Positions 20,856 through 32,588 of a stretch of 64,000 nt of DNA are shown piece after piece. The stretch lies in the NCBI GenBank assembly GCA_003164755.1, contig PLUB01000061.1:102-64101 (forward strand). The letters are read 5' to 3'. A model generated the notes under the pieces. The model ran no database searches, was not told the DNA's origin, and saw only the letters and a list, made by a program, of their open reading frames with translations. This DNA comes from Methanosarcina sp. (GTDB lineage Archaea; Halobacteriota; Methanosarcinia; Methanosarcinales; Methanosarcinaceae). A program made the position numbers and the translations under genes. Each line of letters starts with the position of its first letter. Positions within the stretch are counted from its first letter, which is position 1.

Positions 20856-21814
20856 TAAATCACATCTTTTAAAAGACGAGTCCGCACAGCTGCGACCATG
20901 ATCGGGAGAGTGATAGTTGCGTCTGCGTATACAGTTACTGATTTCGCATTTTCGCCTACCTTTCCCCAAGACTTGGCTTCGTCAAGTGTTGCCCCACTCA
21001 AGCCGCCTGTTTCAGGGCGATCCATTGTAAGTTGAATTGCATAGTCAAAAGACTTCGGAGTCACAAGCATGGACTGGAGAATATAGTTTTTTGGGACTCC
21101 ACCCCCAAGCAACAACACACCAGCACTTTCAGCCTCAGAGCATATTTCCATGTATTCGTGCATATCAGCAAAAGCATCTACATGCAGAGGATTTCCTTCC
21201 TGGTACAACCATGCTTGAAGGCCTATCACAGAGTCCTGAAGGGCGGGGCAATAAATCGGAACTCCCATGTCGGCTGCGGTTTTCAGAATGGAAGACTCAT
21301 CATCCAAGTTATTCCCTATTTCTGTAAGGACTTGGCGGATAGAAAGCTTTTCCTCCGGAAGCCCGGCATAAACTCTATGCAAAAACTCCTCAAGATCGGC
21401 AAAATGTTGGTCAGGAAGATATACATCATAAATTCGGTTTATACATTCATGTCTCAGCTGGATATCGTTTGAACAATCTGTATCTTTATAGTGGTGAAGA
21501 CCCAGAGCTTCAACTGTATCATGAACCATATTCGCTCCAGTAGTTACAAGGACATCGATGTGTCCATCACGTATGAGATCCGCAATGATTATTTTCATGC
21601 CTGCGGGAGTCATGGCACCTGCAAGTCCAAAGAATTTAGTTGTTTTTTCGGAAGCCAGCATCTCATAATATATATTCACAGCCTCAGCCAGCCTACCTGC
21701 TCCAAAGGCACAACCACCGTATTCAGTTACAAGATCATCTACAGTCATATTCGGGACTATTTTTGCACTTTTGACTGAAGTTGTAAGTTTTTTAGCAGAA
21801 GCTTGAAAATCCAT
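20855..21814 (-). CDS. dys: deoxyhypusine synthase
   Basis: 319-aa [25 protein letters not shown] and [13 protein letters not shown] segments are typical of DHS. Confidence 0.85.
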   Translation of the reverse strand: MDFQASAKKLTTSVKSAKIVPNMTVDDLVTEYGGCAFGAGRLAEAVNIYYEMLASEKTTKFFGLAGAMTPAGMKIIIADLIRDGHIDVLVTTGANMVHDTVEALGLHHYKDTDCSNDIQLRHECINRIYDVYLPDQHFADLEEFLHRVYAGLPEEKLSIRQVLTEIGNNLDDESSILKTAADMGVPIYCPALQDSVIGLQAWLYQEGNPLHVDAFADMHEYMEICSEAESAGVLLLGGGVPKNYILQSMLVTPKSFDYAIQLTMDRPETGGLSGATLDEAKSWGKVGENAKSVTVYADATITLPIMVAAVRTRLLKDVI

Positions 21815-22285
21815 TTTTTCCCCTCTGAGATTACAAGATTAATTACAAGAATATTCGGACATAAGCTTTACCAATCAGATATGAGCTTGTACATAAGTAA
21901 TTACGCTTGAAAGTAAGCATGTTTTAAAGCGAGAGTATGCATCCTGCATCTTAAAATTTGTATTATGTTTTGTTTTTGAATTCTTTGCAGCCATAGAGAG
22001 TGGGAAATTATGATGAATTTCCCGCTCTAATAAGATGCTAAAGAGTCTATAGACCTGTATTTCAAGATTGGATATTCCTTTATTTCCTGAAAAATCAATA
22101 TAATTTTAGAATTATTCCTATTTCGAGCTTGATGGAGGTAACTCCCAAATGCGGAGTAAACATAGGAGGGTGCCTTATGTAAACACGTCTCTTATAAATA
22201 AATATTCTCTTAAGAAAAATAAAGAAAATAAATCTCACTTGGATAAGACAGAAAATTGAAAAATTTAAGGAGAAAATTCACTTTA

Positions 22286-22408
22286 TGCAAATGTACACAG
22301 AATACCATCTATTCCTTAATATAACAGTAGCTTAAAAATTAATCTAGATTTCAATGAACAATGATGGATAAATAAGCAAATGAATTATATATCTATGTAC
22401 ATCTGCAG
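22286..22408 (+). repeat. family B element, copy 2
   Basis: tgcaaatgtacacagaataccatc...aacagtagcttaaaaattaatc...tatgtacatctgcag. 183 nt downstream of the leuS stop. Confidence 0.65.
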
Positions 22409-22590
22409 AATGAGGATAGATGAAGTTTTCTTTTGTGAACCATTAGGAAAAATTGAAACGAATAAGAATAGTCTTCGAAACTACAGCAATCGGGACTAAT
22501 GTTTCCAATTTAAATAGAGAAATGATTTAGAACTAGAGCATCAAAATAGTCTGGAAAGCGAGGAAATGCCAGAAGCCTAAATGGCTTCTT

Positions 22591-25494
22591 TTACTCTCTG
22601 TTTCTTCCTTCAATATAAATAGCAGGTCTAAGAGGCTCTGCAAACCTGGACTTCTTCTCTGGGTCATAAGCTGGAGAATCTGCACTGTGAATCTCAACAG
22701 GGCAACATATTACTGTTTCCAGGAAGGAAGCTGACTCTTTCAGAAGGTCCTGCTCATCTAAACCAAGGCCATCAAAAATCTCATATCTTTCAGCACCTCC
22801 GCTTTTGAACTCTGTATCAATTTTTTGAACAAACTTTGGAATTTCTTTCCCAAATACTCTTAGTTCAGGATTTACCATAAGGGTTTTAATAAAAGTACCT
22901 GCCTCAATATAAGCTTTTAGGTTAATATCACAAATATATTTTTTTATTACTGATACTTTCCAGGCAGGCGCTGTATAGAGGTGTACTTTCTGCGGAATCA
23001 TTTTTGTTACCCTTATTATTTCTTCAATGTCATCCAGAGTGTCTTTAATTATTTCTTCACAGAGTTCTGCACCATCGTTTATTAGATCTTCATTATAGAG
23101 AGGAAATTGTACAAGGGAAATAGGATCTTTATGCCCCATAGCCTCCCAAATTTCTTCACAAATATGCGGGATAAAGGGAGTTAGGAGCCTGACCCAATTA
23201 TCAAGCACATAGTATAGCAGATTCTCTCCCCCTCTCCTTTGGTACCATTTTACATCGTTTATGAGCAAGAAGAAAGAATTCTGGATGGCTTCCCTTGTCT
23301 GGATGGAGTCAAGGGCAATATTTGTTTTATGGATGTAACCCTGTATCCGCGAAAGCATCCAGCGATCAATCTGCTTAAGCTCAGAGCTTATGGATCCACG
23401 TTTTCCACTCTCTATGACATCTTCTGCAAAGGAGTAAAATTTATCCACTTGCTTTCTTGTTGATTCAATTCCTGTCTTATGCCAGTCTGCATCCTGAGTC
23501 TGTTCAGCTGTGGAAAGTATATACATTCTTGTTATGTCAGCACCGTAATCTCTTACTGCACTTTCCATAGTGAGGATAGGCCCTTTGGATTTGCTCATTT
23601 TTTGCCCCTCAAGAGAAACAAAGCCATTTACAGCAAGAGCCTTGGGCCAGTTTTCTTCCCCAAAAAGGGCTACATGGTGGAAGAGGAAGAAAAGCAGGTG
23701 GTTCGGAACAAGATCCTTCCCGGAAGAACGTAAGTCCACAGGATACCAGTAGGTAAAATCGCTGCAGATTTCTTCCAGGATCACTGACTCAATACCAGTT
23801 TCTGCAGAAACAGCTGCATTATTACCTTTTCCAAGAAGTATGTAGTCAAAGAAAGAAAGGGTAAGCTGCTCCAGAGACAGGGCACCTTTCTCTATGAATT
23901 TGGCAATAATATAATAACTCATGTAAATTGTCGAATCCCCTAGAGACTCGATCAGCCACTCCTTATCAAGAGGCAGACGGGTTCCAAGGCCTTTTTTGCG
24001 AGCGCATGCTTTGTCCTTTAGCCAATCAACCTTGTTTTCAAACTCAACCCTATAATCTTCAGGAATAATCCGCATCTTGCTAAGGCATTTATAAACTTTC
24101 GATTTCCATTCAGGATCTGAATAATTAAGGAACCACTGACTTTTTACCATATTTACGACACATGGTGTACCGCAGCGACAAACCACTGGTTCACTGAGTT
24201 CATAAAATAGCTCTCCAGCATCCGAACTGATTAAGTCCCTAGTAAGGATATCCTTGATCTTCGATACTGAACATCCTGCATATTTTCCAGTGATCTTTTT
24301 GAGGATTCCACCATGGAATTCTCTCCTGTATACAATCTTCGTGGCTTCATCAGCTCTTTTATCACTCTGACTTGTTATTCCCATACTTTCTACGATTTCT
24401 TTTGCCGGAAATTCTCCAAATTCAGGCACTTTTATAAGGGAAAGTAGTTTGATCTCTTTCAAGTCTTCGGTTATTCCATAATCATGCAAATCAGCATCAT
24501 AAAGGTCACGAAGTGCCAAATAGTCAAAGGGCGCATGTGCAGGCACACTCATTACTATTCCACTTCCGTTTTCAGGCCTGACAAAAGAGGCAGGAAGGGA
24601 AATTATTATATCTCCTGTTATCGGATTTGTGAGTTTAATTCCAACTAGGGATTTTGCAGGTATATCCTCAATATACTCTACTTTCCTGTCCGTAAACGTT
24701 AATTTTCTGAAAGCTTCCCTGCTTACGACCCAGAACTCTTCACATCCGTTTTTTTCAACCCTGATTTTTAAGTAATCCACGTTCGGATTAACCCAGATAT
24801 TTGTTACGCCGTAAGTTGTTTCCGGTCTGAGGGTTGCACAAGGAAAGACTAGGTCTTTATATCTAAATTTGATGAGGGTATATTCCACGATAGTGGCGCC
24901 TTCCCCATGAAGTATATCGTGGTCTTCTACAGGGTTGTTGTCGTTAGGGCACCATTTTAAAGGGTGAGAGCCTTTGACTATTAGGTTTTTCTCCGCAAGA
25001 CGGATGTATTGCCATTGTATAAATTTTTTGTAAGTAGGGTCCGTGGTTGTGAACTTCCGTCTCCAATCAATAGAATACCCTATCATGCGCATTGCCTTCT
25101 CAGCCTCATGTTTGAAGTAATCAACGATATTTTCAGGCGTTTCAAGGGTAAGGAGGATATCTTTTGGAATTCCATGGAGATGTTCGTAGACATCCATTGT
25201 TTGAGGATCCCGGCTTGCAATTAGTTCCGCAAGTCCCACAATCGGAGTACCGGTTACATGAAAGCCCATGGGGTAAAGCACATTGTATCCAAGCATCCGT
25301 TTATGCCGAGCTACTACATCCCCTATGGTAAAAGTCCTGGTGTGCCCAGCATGGAGATTTCCGTTAAGGTAGGGGTAGGGGATAGTTATGAAAAATTTTT
25401 GCCGTTCATTCGGTTCTGCCTGGAAAATTCGGCTTTTAGTCCAATTTTTTTGCCATTTCTGTTCAATCTCATGAGGTTTGTAGTCATGCTCCAT
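22591..25494 (-). CDS. leuS: leucyl-tRNA synthetase (archaeal type)
   Basis: 967-aa uninterrupted ORF with a HIGH-type motif (NGNLHAGH) and a KMSKS motif (QKMSKSKGP). Confidence 0.95.
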   Translation of the reverse strand: MEHDYKPHEIEQKWQKNWTKSRIFQAEPNERQKFFITIPYPYLNGNLHAGHTRTFTIGDVVARHKRMLGYNVLYPMGFHVTGTPIVGLAELIASRDPQTMDVYEHLHGIPKDILLTLETPENIVDYFKHEAEKAMRMIGYSIDWRRKFTTTDPTYKKFIQWQYIRLAEKNLIVKGSHPLKWCPNDNNPVEDHDILHGEGATIVEYTLIKFRYKDLVFPCATLRPETTYGVTNIWVNPNVDYLKIRVEKNGCEEFWVVSREAFRKLTFTDRKVEYIEDIPAKSLVGIKLTNPITGDIIISLPASFVRPENGSGIVMSVPAHAPFDYLALRDLYDADLHDYGITEDLKEIKLLSLIKVPEFGEFPAKEIVESMGITSQSDKRADEATKIVYRREFHGGILKKITGKYAGCSVSKIKDILTRDLISSDAGELFYELSEPVVCRCGTPCVVNMVKSQWFLNYSDPEWKSKVYKCLSKMRIIPEDYRVEFENKVDWLKDKACARKKGLGTRLPLDKEWLIESLGDSTIYMSYYIIAKFIEKGALSLEQLTLSFFDYILLGKGNNAAVSAETGIESVILEEICSDFTYWYPVDLRSSGKDLVPNHLLFFLFHHVALFGEENWPKALAVNGFVSLEGQKMSKSKGPILTMESAVRDYGADITRMYILSTAEQTQDADWHKTGIESTRKQVDKFYSFAEDVIESGKRGSISSELKQIDRWMLSRIQGYIHKTNIALDSIQTREAIQNSFFLLINDVKWYQRRGGENLLYYVLDNWVRLLTPFIPHICEEIWEAMGHKDPISLVQFPLYNEDLINDGAELCEEIIKDTLDDIEEIIRVTKMIPQKVHLYTAPAWKVSVIKKYICDINLKAYIEAGTFIKTLMVNPELRVFGKEIPKFVQKIDTEFKSGGAERYEIFDGLGLDEQDLLKESASFLETVICCPVEIHSADSPAYDPEKKSRFAEPLRPAIYIEGRNRE

Positions 25495-25844
25495 TCGTGT
25501 TCACACCACCGAGAATTATGATAAAAGAACTTAATCTAAATGTAGAAGTATATAGGGAATCATGTCAAAAAGATTACAGGAAACCAGTAAGCGATCTTAA
25601 AAAATATTATAGATTGCAGGTACTTGAGCCTTGTTGCGCCAATTTCTTAACTTTTAAGATTCTGCACTTAAATATTCATCTTCGTGTCACTCTAATTTCT
25701 CTATAATCCAACTTGTGTCACATCCATGAGTTGTTGAACATCTCCAGCACTAGACTCTTCTTGCATTTTCCATAAATAGGAGAGTTACTCGTTTTTCAAA
25801 TTTGATCAATGACTCAAGAACAAGACATTAAATTTTTTGCTTTT

Positions 25845-27062
25845 TTATTCAACCTTTCTAAGGATAGCTTCCCGGATAGACTCGATATTTGCATCCACCA
25901 CAGTAGGCTCCTCGCAAATCTCACTAACAGAAGATATATCCTTTAGAAGATGTCCTGTAGTGATGCATACCACGGTTTCATCTATATTTATCATGCCCAT
26001 TTTTACAAGTTTCCTAAGTCCTGCGACAGATGCTGCACTCGCAGGTTCGACACCAATACCTTCAAGCCTTGCAAGATCCTTCTGGGCTGTAAGAATTTCT
26101 TCGTCAGTAACTGACTCTGCAGTTCCACCGGATTCCCGTATTGCTCTGATAGCTTTTTTGGAGTTGACAGGGTTTCCAATCCTGATGGCTGTTGCAATTG
26201 TCTCAGGATTGCCTTCCGGAGTTATCTCTGGAGCTCCACTCTTTATAGCTTTTACAATGGGACAGGAACCTTCTGCCTGAATTCCGATCATCTTCGGAAG
26301 AGAATTCGTTATACCGAGTATCTTAAATTCCTTGAAGCCTTTATAAATAGCAGTAATATTCCCTGCATTCCCTATCGGAAGGACAACTCTGTCAGGCACC
26401 CTAAAACCTAGCTGATCTGCAATCTCAAAACCAATGGTTTTTTGACCTTCCAGTCTATAAGGATTGATTGAGTTTAAAAGGTAGATATTTTCCTGGTAGC
26501 AGAGAATACGCACAAGAGCAAATGCGTCATCAAAATTCCCACGGATGCTTAGGACCTTTGCCCCGTGCATCAAAGCCTGTGCAATTTTTCCAAGAGCTAC
26601 TTTCCCTGCAGGTAGCAACACAATTACAGGAACCCCTGCTTTTGCCCCATAGATCGCAAGAGCTGCAGAGGTATTCCCTGTAGATGCACAAGCAAATTTT
26701 TTCATTCCGAGTTCAAGCGCTTTCGTAACCCCAACTGTCATTCCCCTATCCTTGAAGGAGCCTGTTGGGTTCATGCCTTCGTGTTTTACGTACAGTTTTG
26801 TTATTCCTATCTTTTCGGCAAGACGGTCGCATTTGTAAAGAGGAGTACCCCCCTCTTTGAGAGTTACAGGCACCCTTTTTACAGGAAGAAGTTTTGCGTA
26901 CTTCCAGACCGAGGGACATTCAGTCTTTAGTTTATCCATATCAATCTCAATTGAGGAATAATTATAAATAACATCAAGCAGACCATCACATTTGCTGCAA
27001 GTATAGATTATTGCATCTTTGGAATACTCTGCATCGCATTCGATACATTTCAGAGAATACAT
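25845..27062 (-). CDS. thrC: threonine synthase
   Basis: 405 aa. PLP-lysine region NPTGSFKDRG, N-terminal Cys-rich segment, ASTGNTSAA motif. Confidence 0.9.
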   Translation of the reverse strand: MYSLKCIECDAEYSKDAIIYTCSKCDGLLDVIYNYSSIEIDMDKLKTECPSVWKYAKLLPVKRVPVTLKEGGTPLYKCDRLAEKIGITKLYVKHEGMNPTGSFKDRGMTVGVTKALELGMKKFACASTGNTSAALAIYGAKAGVPVIVLLPAGKVALGKIAQALMHGAKVLSIRGNFDDAFALVRILCYQENIYLLNSINPYRLEGQKTIGFEIADQLGFRVPDRVVLPIGNAGNITAIYKGFKEFKILGITNSLPKMIGIQAEGSCPIVKAIKSGAPEITPEGNPETIATAIRIGNPVNSKKAIRAIRESGGTAESVTDEEILTAQKDLARLEGIGVEPASAASVAGLRKLVKMGMINIDETVVCITTGHLLKDISSVSEICEEPTVVDANIESIREAILRKVE

Positions 27063-27945
27063 TAAATTTGCTCCTGTGTCTGATTATTTTGAATTATTCA
27101 GATGTCGGATTGGAGTTACATTGATCTCAGGTTATTAAACCCTGAGTTTTCATGTCAGAAATATGGATTTCGGATTAGTATAATATATTAGAGTTTAATA
27201 ATATTTTGTATCGTCAACACTTTAATCGCTTTTTTATTAGATTTGTTTGACTCTTTAGTCCCCTTCTAAATATTGGCTAAAAAATATCTGGATATGGATA
27301 AATACAAGAGAAAAGATATCACCAAAAAGTACGGAAAATTGAAGAATATCATCGAATAATAAAGCAGTTAAGATGGGTGAAAACGTTTTCGACCAGCTGA
27401 AAGATGTCACACAGAGCACACGGATTGCGCCCTTTTAGATTTCTGATAAAACTAGTGTGACAAGAAAATTAGAAACAGTATTTAGTGTGATTTAAAAGTA
27501 ACACAACAATTAGTAGAATAGCAGCACTGCATATATAAATCACTAAGATATAAATCAAGCTTTCATAATATTATAGAGATTTAGTAAAAACAACGTTTTT
27601 GGAATGCTACTGCGTGAGTACCAGAAAAAATAACCTAGAACATGAAAAACACTAGTTCTCAGTAATTTAACTAGTTTTCATCTTAATAAGCTCTGAATCC
27701 CTTTACATCTCCATGTTAGATCTCAAAATTGATGATAATAAGGTGAATTTCCTATTGGACATTGTGAAAAATTCAAAAAGAGAAATTCAAAAAGTAAAAT
27801 TATTAAGATTGATTTATTTTCTAATGATAAAACTATTTATTTACTAAGAGCAAACTCCTAAAATTATTTAGAAAATAAATATTAGGAGGATAGAACTTTT
27901 TGATCTGAGGAACATTAAAATTTAAAGTCGATCAATTGAATTTAG

Positions 27946-28119
27946 TTACTCACTTTCTTTTTCTCTTTTGAAAATTGCTGTCACTGCTCCATCTTCATCG
28001 ATATCGTTCTTCATCAAAACTAGCCCCCAGCCCTCGTTTCCAATTCTTTCGAGGTCTATCATCTGCTGTGCTATGTGAACACCATGAATCCTGCGAGAAT
28101 CATATTCCCATAATTTCAT
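27946..28119 (-). CDS. small DUF4177-like protein (57 aa, below the ORF-track cutoff)
   Basis: GGAGG 12 nt upstream of ATG 28119. MKLWEYDSRRIHGVHIAQQMIDLERIGNEGWGLVLMKNDIDEDGAVTAIFKREKESE. The WEY...GxEGWxLV...FKR pattern matches DUF4177. Confidence 0.55.
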   Translation of the reverse strand: MKLWEYDSRRIHGVHIAQQMIDLERIGNEGWGLVLMKNDIDEDGAVTAIFKREKESE

Positions 28120-28463
28120 CACTTGAAAACCCTCCTATCAACATTAAGTAGAAACTTTTTGTAGTTAAATATTGCGATGAAACTATAAATAATCCTAACA
28201 AAACGAGAAATCTTTGGAAATTTGCTGATTATTTATTCCCTTACTACCCAAAAAGATATATGATTTACATTCCGAGCAGGTTATCTATTTTTCTGCAAAA
28301 TCACACATCTAAATAAATCATAAGTAAGGAAATAGCAATTATGACGAACCTAATTACATGAAGTATACAAAAACTATCATTTCAAATTTGCAGTAAGTCT
28401 GTGACATTCCCGCATTTCGTACATAGAAACAAAAAGAATGCTTCAATATACAATAGTGATGAA

Positions 28464-28560
28464 CTATGGAGGATTTCGAAGAACATCATTTTCAAGAATT
28501 ATTCACATACCATTTATAAGCATGTGACAGAACTTAGGAATTCATCAAAATTCTCCATAG
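28464..28560. mobile_element. family C MITE-like element, copy 5
   Basis: ctatggaggatttcgaagaac ... ttcatcaaaattctccatag inverted termini. Confidence 0.6.
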
Positions 28561-28755
28561 AATACCTTCCGTAGCAAGATCCAGTTAGAGTTTAAGAAAA
28601 CATATTTTCTTGATGTACATTAGCTGGAATTCCCTTTCCTCGCAAATAATTCCCCGCCAATGTCAACACTATAGCCTTGAATTTCATTAAAAACGATTGG
28701 ATGGGGAAATGAAATGTTTTCCCATCAATAAATATATAGAATCTAGTTCTAAGTT

Positions 28756-29733
28756 TCATTGGTCAGTCAGTCCAGCTGTAGTGACTGAGATTACAGCTTC
28801 TCCTTCGGGCAGGTTTGGAGAGTCAACTAGACGTACGATTCTTTTTTCTCCTTTGGATTTTCGTAGGTAAAGTCTAAAGGTTGCTGTGTGCCCCACAATA
28901 TGCCCTCCAATGGGCCTTGTGGGATCGCCAAAGAATGTATCAGGCTTCGACATCACCTGATTTGTTACAACTACACAGGCATTGAATAAGTCACCAAAAC
29001 GAAGCAAGCCATGCATGTGCTTATTGAGTTTCTGTTGTCTGTCAGCAAGGGTTCCCCGCCCTAGATATTCAGCCCTGAAATGAGCCATCAGTGAGTCGAC
29101 GATTAATAGACGAGTGGGTTTGCCAATTTCCTTGAGCTCGTTTGCTAAATCTGTTGCGGAATCTACAAGAAGTATCTGGTGATTGGAATTATATGCTCTT
29201 GCAACATGAATATTCTGAAGGAACTCTTCAGGGTCAAGTTCTAAGCCGTACTTCTCGGAAATCCCTTTCACCATTTGGGTTATTCTTTCAGGCCTGAATG
29301 TATTTTCAGTATCTATCATGATGACAGAACCACTTAAGCCACCGTGTTCTCTGTCCATCTGAACGTTCACTGCTAGCTGGTGAGCCAACTGGGTTTTCCC
29401 GGAACCAAATTCTCCATACAATTCTGTGATACCCTGGGTTTCTATGCCCCCACCCATCATTTCATCAAATTCCGTACAACCTGTGGTCAGCTTGCCTACC
29501 ATTTTTCGTCTTTCAAGCACTAAGTCTCCGGTCTCAAAACCTCCGATATCAGCAGCCTGCCTAGCAGCATTGATGATTTTTGCAGCAGTTGATTCTCCGA
29601 TTTCTACTGTTGTTGCAAGTTCAGATGGAGAAGCTACAGCTACTGCTTCAATTGTGTTAAATCCGGCTTCTTTTAGTTTTTCTGCAGTTGCGGGGCCAAC
29701 TCCAGGTAACTCTTCGAGTGACATTTCGCTCAT
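28756..29733 (-). CDS. radA: DNA repair and recombination protein RadA
   Basis: N-terminal HhH ([15 protein letters not shown]), Walker [10 protein letters not shown], Walker B LLIVDS. ATG 29733 is preceded by ggagga. Confidence 0.95.
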   Translation of the reverse strand: MSEMSLEELPGVGPATAEKLKEAGFNTIEAVAVASPSELATTVEIGESTAAKIINAARQAADIGGFETGDLVLERRKMVGKLTTGCTEFDEMMGGGIETQGITELYGEFGSGKTQLAHQLAVNVQMDREHGGLSGSVIMIDTENTFRPERITQMVKGISEKYGLELDPEEFLQNIHVARAYNSNHQILLVDSATDLANELKEIGKPTRLLIVDSLMAHFRAEYLGRGTLADRQQKLNKHMHGLLRFGDLFNACVVVTNQVMSKPDTFFGDPTRPIGGHIVGHTATFRLYLRKSKGEKRIVRLVDSPNLPEGEAVISVTTAGLTDQ

Positions 29734-29894
29734 TACAAATCCTCCTAGATGCACATGTTAGATAAGGTGCATAACGGTTGTTTCACTTCGTTTTGCATGT
29801 ATATATAACTAGAGGAGCCAGAGTGAAAGTATTAATAGAGAGCCTTTGAAAAGCAGTAGAATGTCGAAAAACCTACAAAAAGAAGTAATCTACT

Positions 29895-30017
29895 CTGTAG
29901 ATGTACACAAGAATACCATTTATTTACTCAATTTGACAGTAGCTTCAAAATTAATCCAACTTTAAATAAATAACATTGGACAAATAGGCAAACAAATACC
30001 TATGTGCACATCTGCAG
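29895..30017 (+). repeat. family B element, copy 3
   Basis: ctgtagatgtacacaagaataccatt...gacagtagcttcaaaattaatcc...tgtgcacatctgcag. 15-nt imperfect inverted termini (13/15). Lies in the radA/coaD divergent spacer. Confidence 0.7.
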
Positions 30018-30281
30018 AATGTCGAAAGTAAAATAGGATGTCTTACTATTATACTTGCAATTTCAAGAGGAAAAAACAAGTTATTGTGCCTTATATTGTT
30101 AAATCATAACCCCAAATAAGTTATTAAAGGGAACAATTCCAAATCTTAAGACTTCATCATACTCAGTCTTCAAAAATATAACTTTAAATTAACAGCAAAT
30201 TCGTGATAATACAAAAAAATATCTTCAAAAAAACGTAACCAAAACCAAAACTTCTTTTTACTTAGTGGATTATCACACATC

Positions 30282-30752
30282 ATGCCAAAGGTCGCAGTAG
30301 GCGGTACATTTCAGTATATTCACGATGGCCATGCCAAATTAATTAGAACAGCATTTGAGATAGCAGGGGACGGAAAAGTTAATATAGGGCTCACCTCGGA
30401 CGAAATGCTGCAAAAAATACACACTATCGAGAATTATGAAAGTCGTCGGGCTCAACTGCTGCAGTATTTGATGGGAATTGGATTCCCTGAAGACACATTT
30501 GAAGTTACAAAGCTGAATGATCCCTACGGCCCCAGTCTAGAAGAGGATTTTGATTATATAATTGTATCTCCTGAGACTTATCCAGTTGCCCTTAAAATCA
30601 ACCGTATAAGAGAACAAAATAAAAAAAAACCTCTGAAAATAGTATATGTTGAATACGTAATGGCTGAAGATGAAATCCCTATTTCTTCAACAAGAATTGC
30701 ACAAGGAGAAATTGATAGGCACGGCAGACTAGTAAAAAAAACAGAATCTTAA
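30282..30752 (+). CDS. coaD: archaeal phosphopantetheine adenylyltransferase
   Basis: 156 aa. Nucleotidyltransferase motif GGTFQYIHDGHAKL and C-terminal ISSTRI. Archaeal PPAT (COG1019) family. Confidence 0.8.
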   Translation: MPKVAVGGTFQYIHDGHAKLIRTAFEIAGDGKVNIGLTSDEMLQKIHTIENYESRRAQLLQYLMGIGFPEDTFEVTKLNDPYGPSLEEDFDYIIVSPETYPVALKINRIREQNKKKPLKIVYVEYVMAEDEIPISSTRIAQGEIDRHGRLVKKTES

Positions 30753-30800
30753 AAAATTCCAATACATGATTAGAATCCATAATTAGTTACACCACTTTCC

Positions 30801-30917
30801 ATAAATATACACAAAAATTCAGCTATTATTCCATTATGACAGTAGCTCCAAAATTAATCCAATTTCTAATGAATTAGAGCGTGTAAATCAGCAAACAAAT
30901 TCTACATCGGTGGAATG
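30801..30917 (+). repeat. family B element, copy 4 (more diverged ends)
   Basis: ataaatatacacaaaaattc...gacagtagctccaaaattaatcc...caaacaaattctacatcggtggaatg. Confidence 0.55.
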
Positions 30918-31357
30918 TCACTCATTTGTTATTCCCCAGATTTCAAAAGCTAGGTAATGGATTCTTTCATGGAATCTTCAAGGTTTTGTATCTTGAGAAT
31001 TTCTTCATGGCTTAAACATTTACCGTCTTTCTTGATAATAAAGTTATCAATTAGATTCTATCTCCCCAAGCCTATCTATAAGTTTTAGATAGCCAAACCA
31101 TTTCTTGTATGCTTACTTAAAATCCCACAAAAATTAAATTTTTCATAAAAAGATTAGCAGTAAAATATATCTGGAGAAACGGATATATTTTTATTAGGAA
31201 TTGTATAGAATGTTCTTGATTTGTGTTTATACTTATTTGAAAGAAAAACATAAACAAAGGACTTATTTTTACTCAATAATTATAGTTACGGTTGAATTTT
31301 CAATAATTAATATGTGTTCTGCTTTCAAGGTTTCATAACCATTTTGATTTGAAAAAA

Positions 31358-32521
31358 TCATAGTTTTTTTGCTTCCAAAGCCCGTTTAAAGCGTTTTGTA
31401 ACATCTTCTGGACTAAAGGGAATATTTGGAGCTTTTGTGTTTCCTGGCTTAAGGATTACATGGATGAATGAAAGTTCTTGAATGGCCCGAAACCTTCTGA
31501 AGGCCTCTATTATTCCTTCCCTGCTGTTTACTTTAGCCGTATTTTGGATTCCGCATGCTTTTGCAAAAATTTCTAGGTCAATATAGCGCAAAGCACATGT
31601 TTCCTGTGAACCTGTAGAGCCATAAGAACCATTATCAAGGCATATAATTATCAAGTTTTTAGTGGCTTCTTTTGCAGCTTCAAGAAGGGCATTAGGATTC
31701 ATCAACAAGCTTCCATCCCCATCAAAAACCACTACTATCCTTTCGGTGCGTAGTGCAAGGCCAAGTCCAATCGAGGAAACAAGCCCCATTGAACCAAACA
31801 TATAAAAATTGAGATCTCTGTCTTTGTAGGCATAAAGTTCCTTACAGGGGATTCCAAGATTTGTTACTGTAATTTCATCATCAAGTTGAGAAGCAACTGC
31901 GCAAATCGCCTCGTTCCTGATCACCAATGGCTTGATATCTTCCATCTTAAGGTTAAACCTGCATGTTCTTTCCATAACCTTCGATTTTTCTGGAATTCTG
32001 GCAGCTTTCCAGCTGCAGCAGCCAGAATCTTCCCATACTTTAGGTGAGATCAGAGCAATGTGAGGCCGTAAATTTTCAAAGGCATCTTTAATTACGTTTT
32101 CAAGGAGAGAGATCTTTTCAGCATCTTCAATTATTGTGTATTGCAGCTCTGCTCCATTGAGAATCGCTGGAAGGTGGACCCCAAGAGGCACTTGCGCTTC
32201 AATATATTCTCCATAAACTCCACGCCAGCTTGTAAGTACAGGTAATGGAATTTTGCATATTACATTTAAGGATTCTAGAGCGTTAATCATATTCCCAACC
32301 CCTGTGCTTTGAATCAGCATCATGGGTTTTCCACCTGCAAGGTAAGCCCCGGCACAAATACCCACTCCATTTTCTTCCCTAGTCAACCTGATTTCTGGAA
32401 AATTTTCCGAAACCAGAGGAAGCAGGTTTTTGATTCGGTCACAGGGCAAAGTTGCAGCAAGGTCTATACCTTCTTTTTTCATAATTGCTATAACTTCTTC
32501 TTCGGGACTTGCCATGCACAT
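31358..32521 (-). CDS. comDE: sulfopyruvate decarboxylase, fused alpha/beta subunits (coenzyme M biosynthesis)
   Basis: 387 aa. N-terminal ComD-like half and C-terminal ComE-like half with the TPP motif FDGDGSLLMNPNAL. The fusion is as known in Methanosarcina. Confidence 0.9.
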   Translation of the reverse strand: MCMASPEEEVIAIMKKEGIDLAATLPCDRIKNLLPLVSENFPEIRLTREENGVGICAGAYLAGGKPMMLIQSTGVGNMINALESLNVICKIPLPVLTSWRGVYGEYIEAQVPLGVHLPAILNGAELQYTIIEDAEKISLLENVIKDAFENLRPHIALISPKVWEDSGCCSWKAARIPEKSKVMERTCRFNLKMEDIKPLVIRNEAICAVASQLDDEITVTNLGIPCKELYAYKDRDLNFYMFGSMGLVSSIGLGLALRTERIVVVFDGDGSLLMNPNALLEAAKEATKNLIIICLDNGSYGSTGSQETCALRYIDLEIFAKACGIQNTAKVNSREGIIEAFRRFRAIQELSFIHVILKPGNTKAPNIPFSPEDVTKRFKRALEAKKL

Positions 32522-32588
32522 ACCTCTTCACTTTCTTTTTTATTCTATAGTCCTTGATTATTAGTGCTTGTTCTATAGTTCTCCACAC

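Noticed and set aside
20269-29761. Long antisense or alternate-frame ORFs inside pyrF, dys, leuS, thrC and radA (e.g. 20269..20748, 21032..21472, 23479..23733, 25837..26280, 29426..29761)
   Set aside because: They overlap confidently identified genes on the opposite strand and translate to low-complexity sequence.
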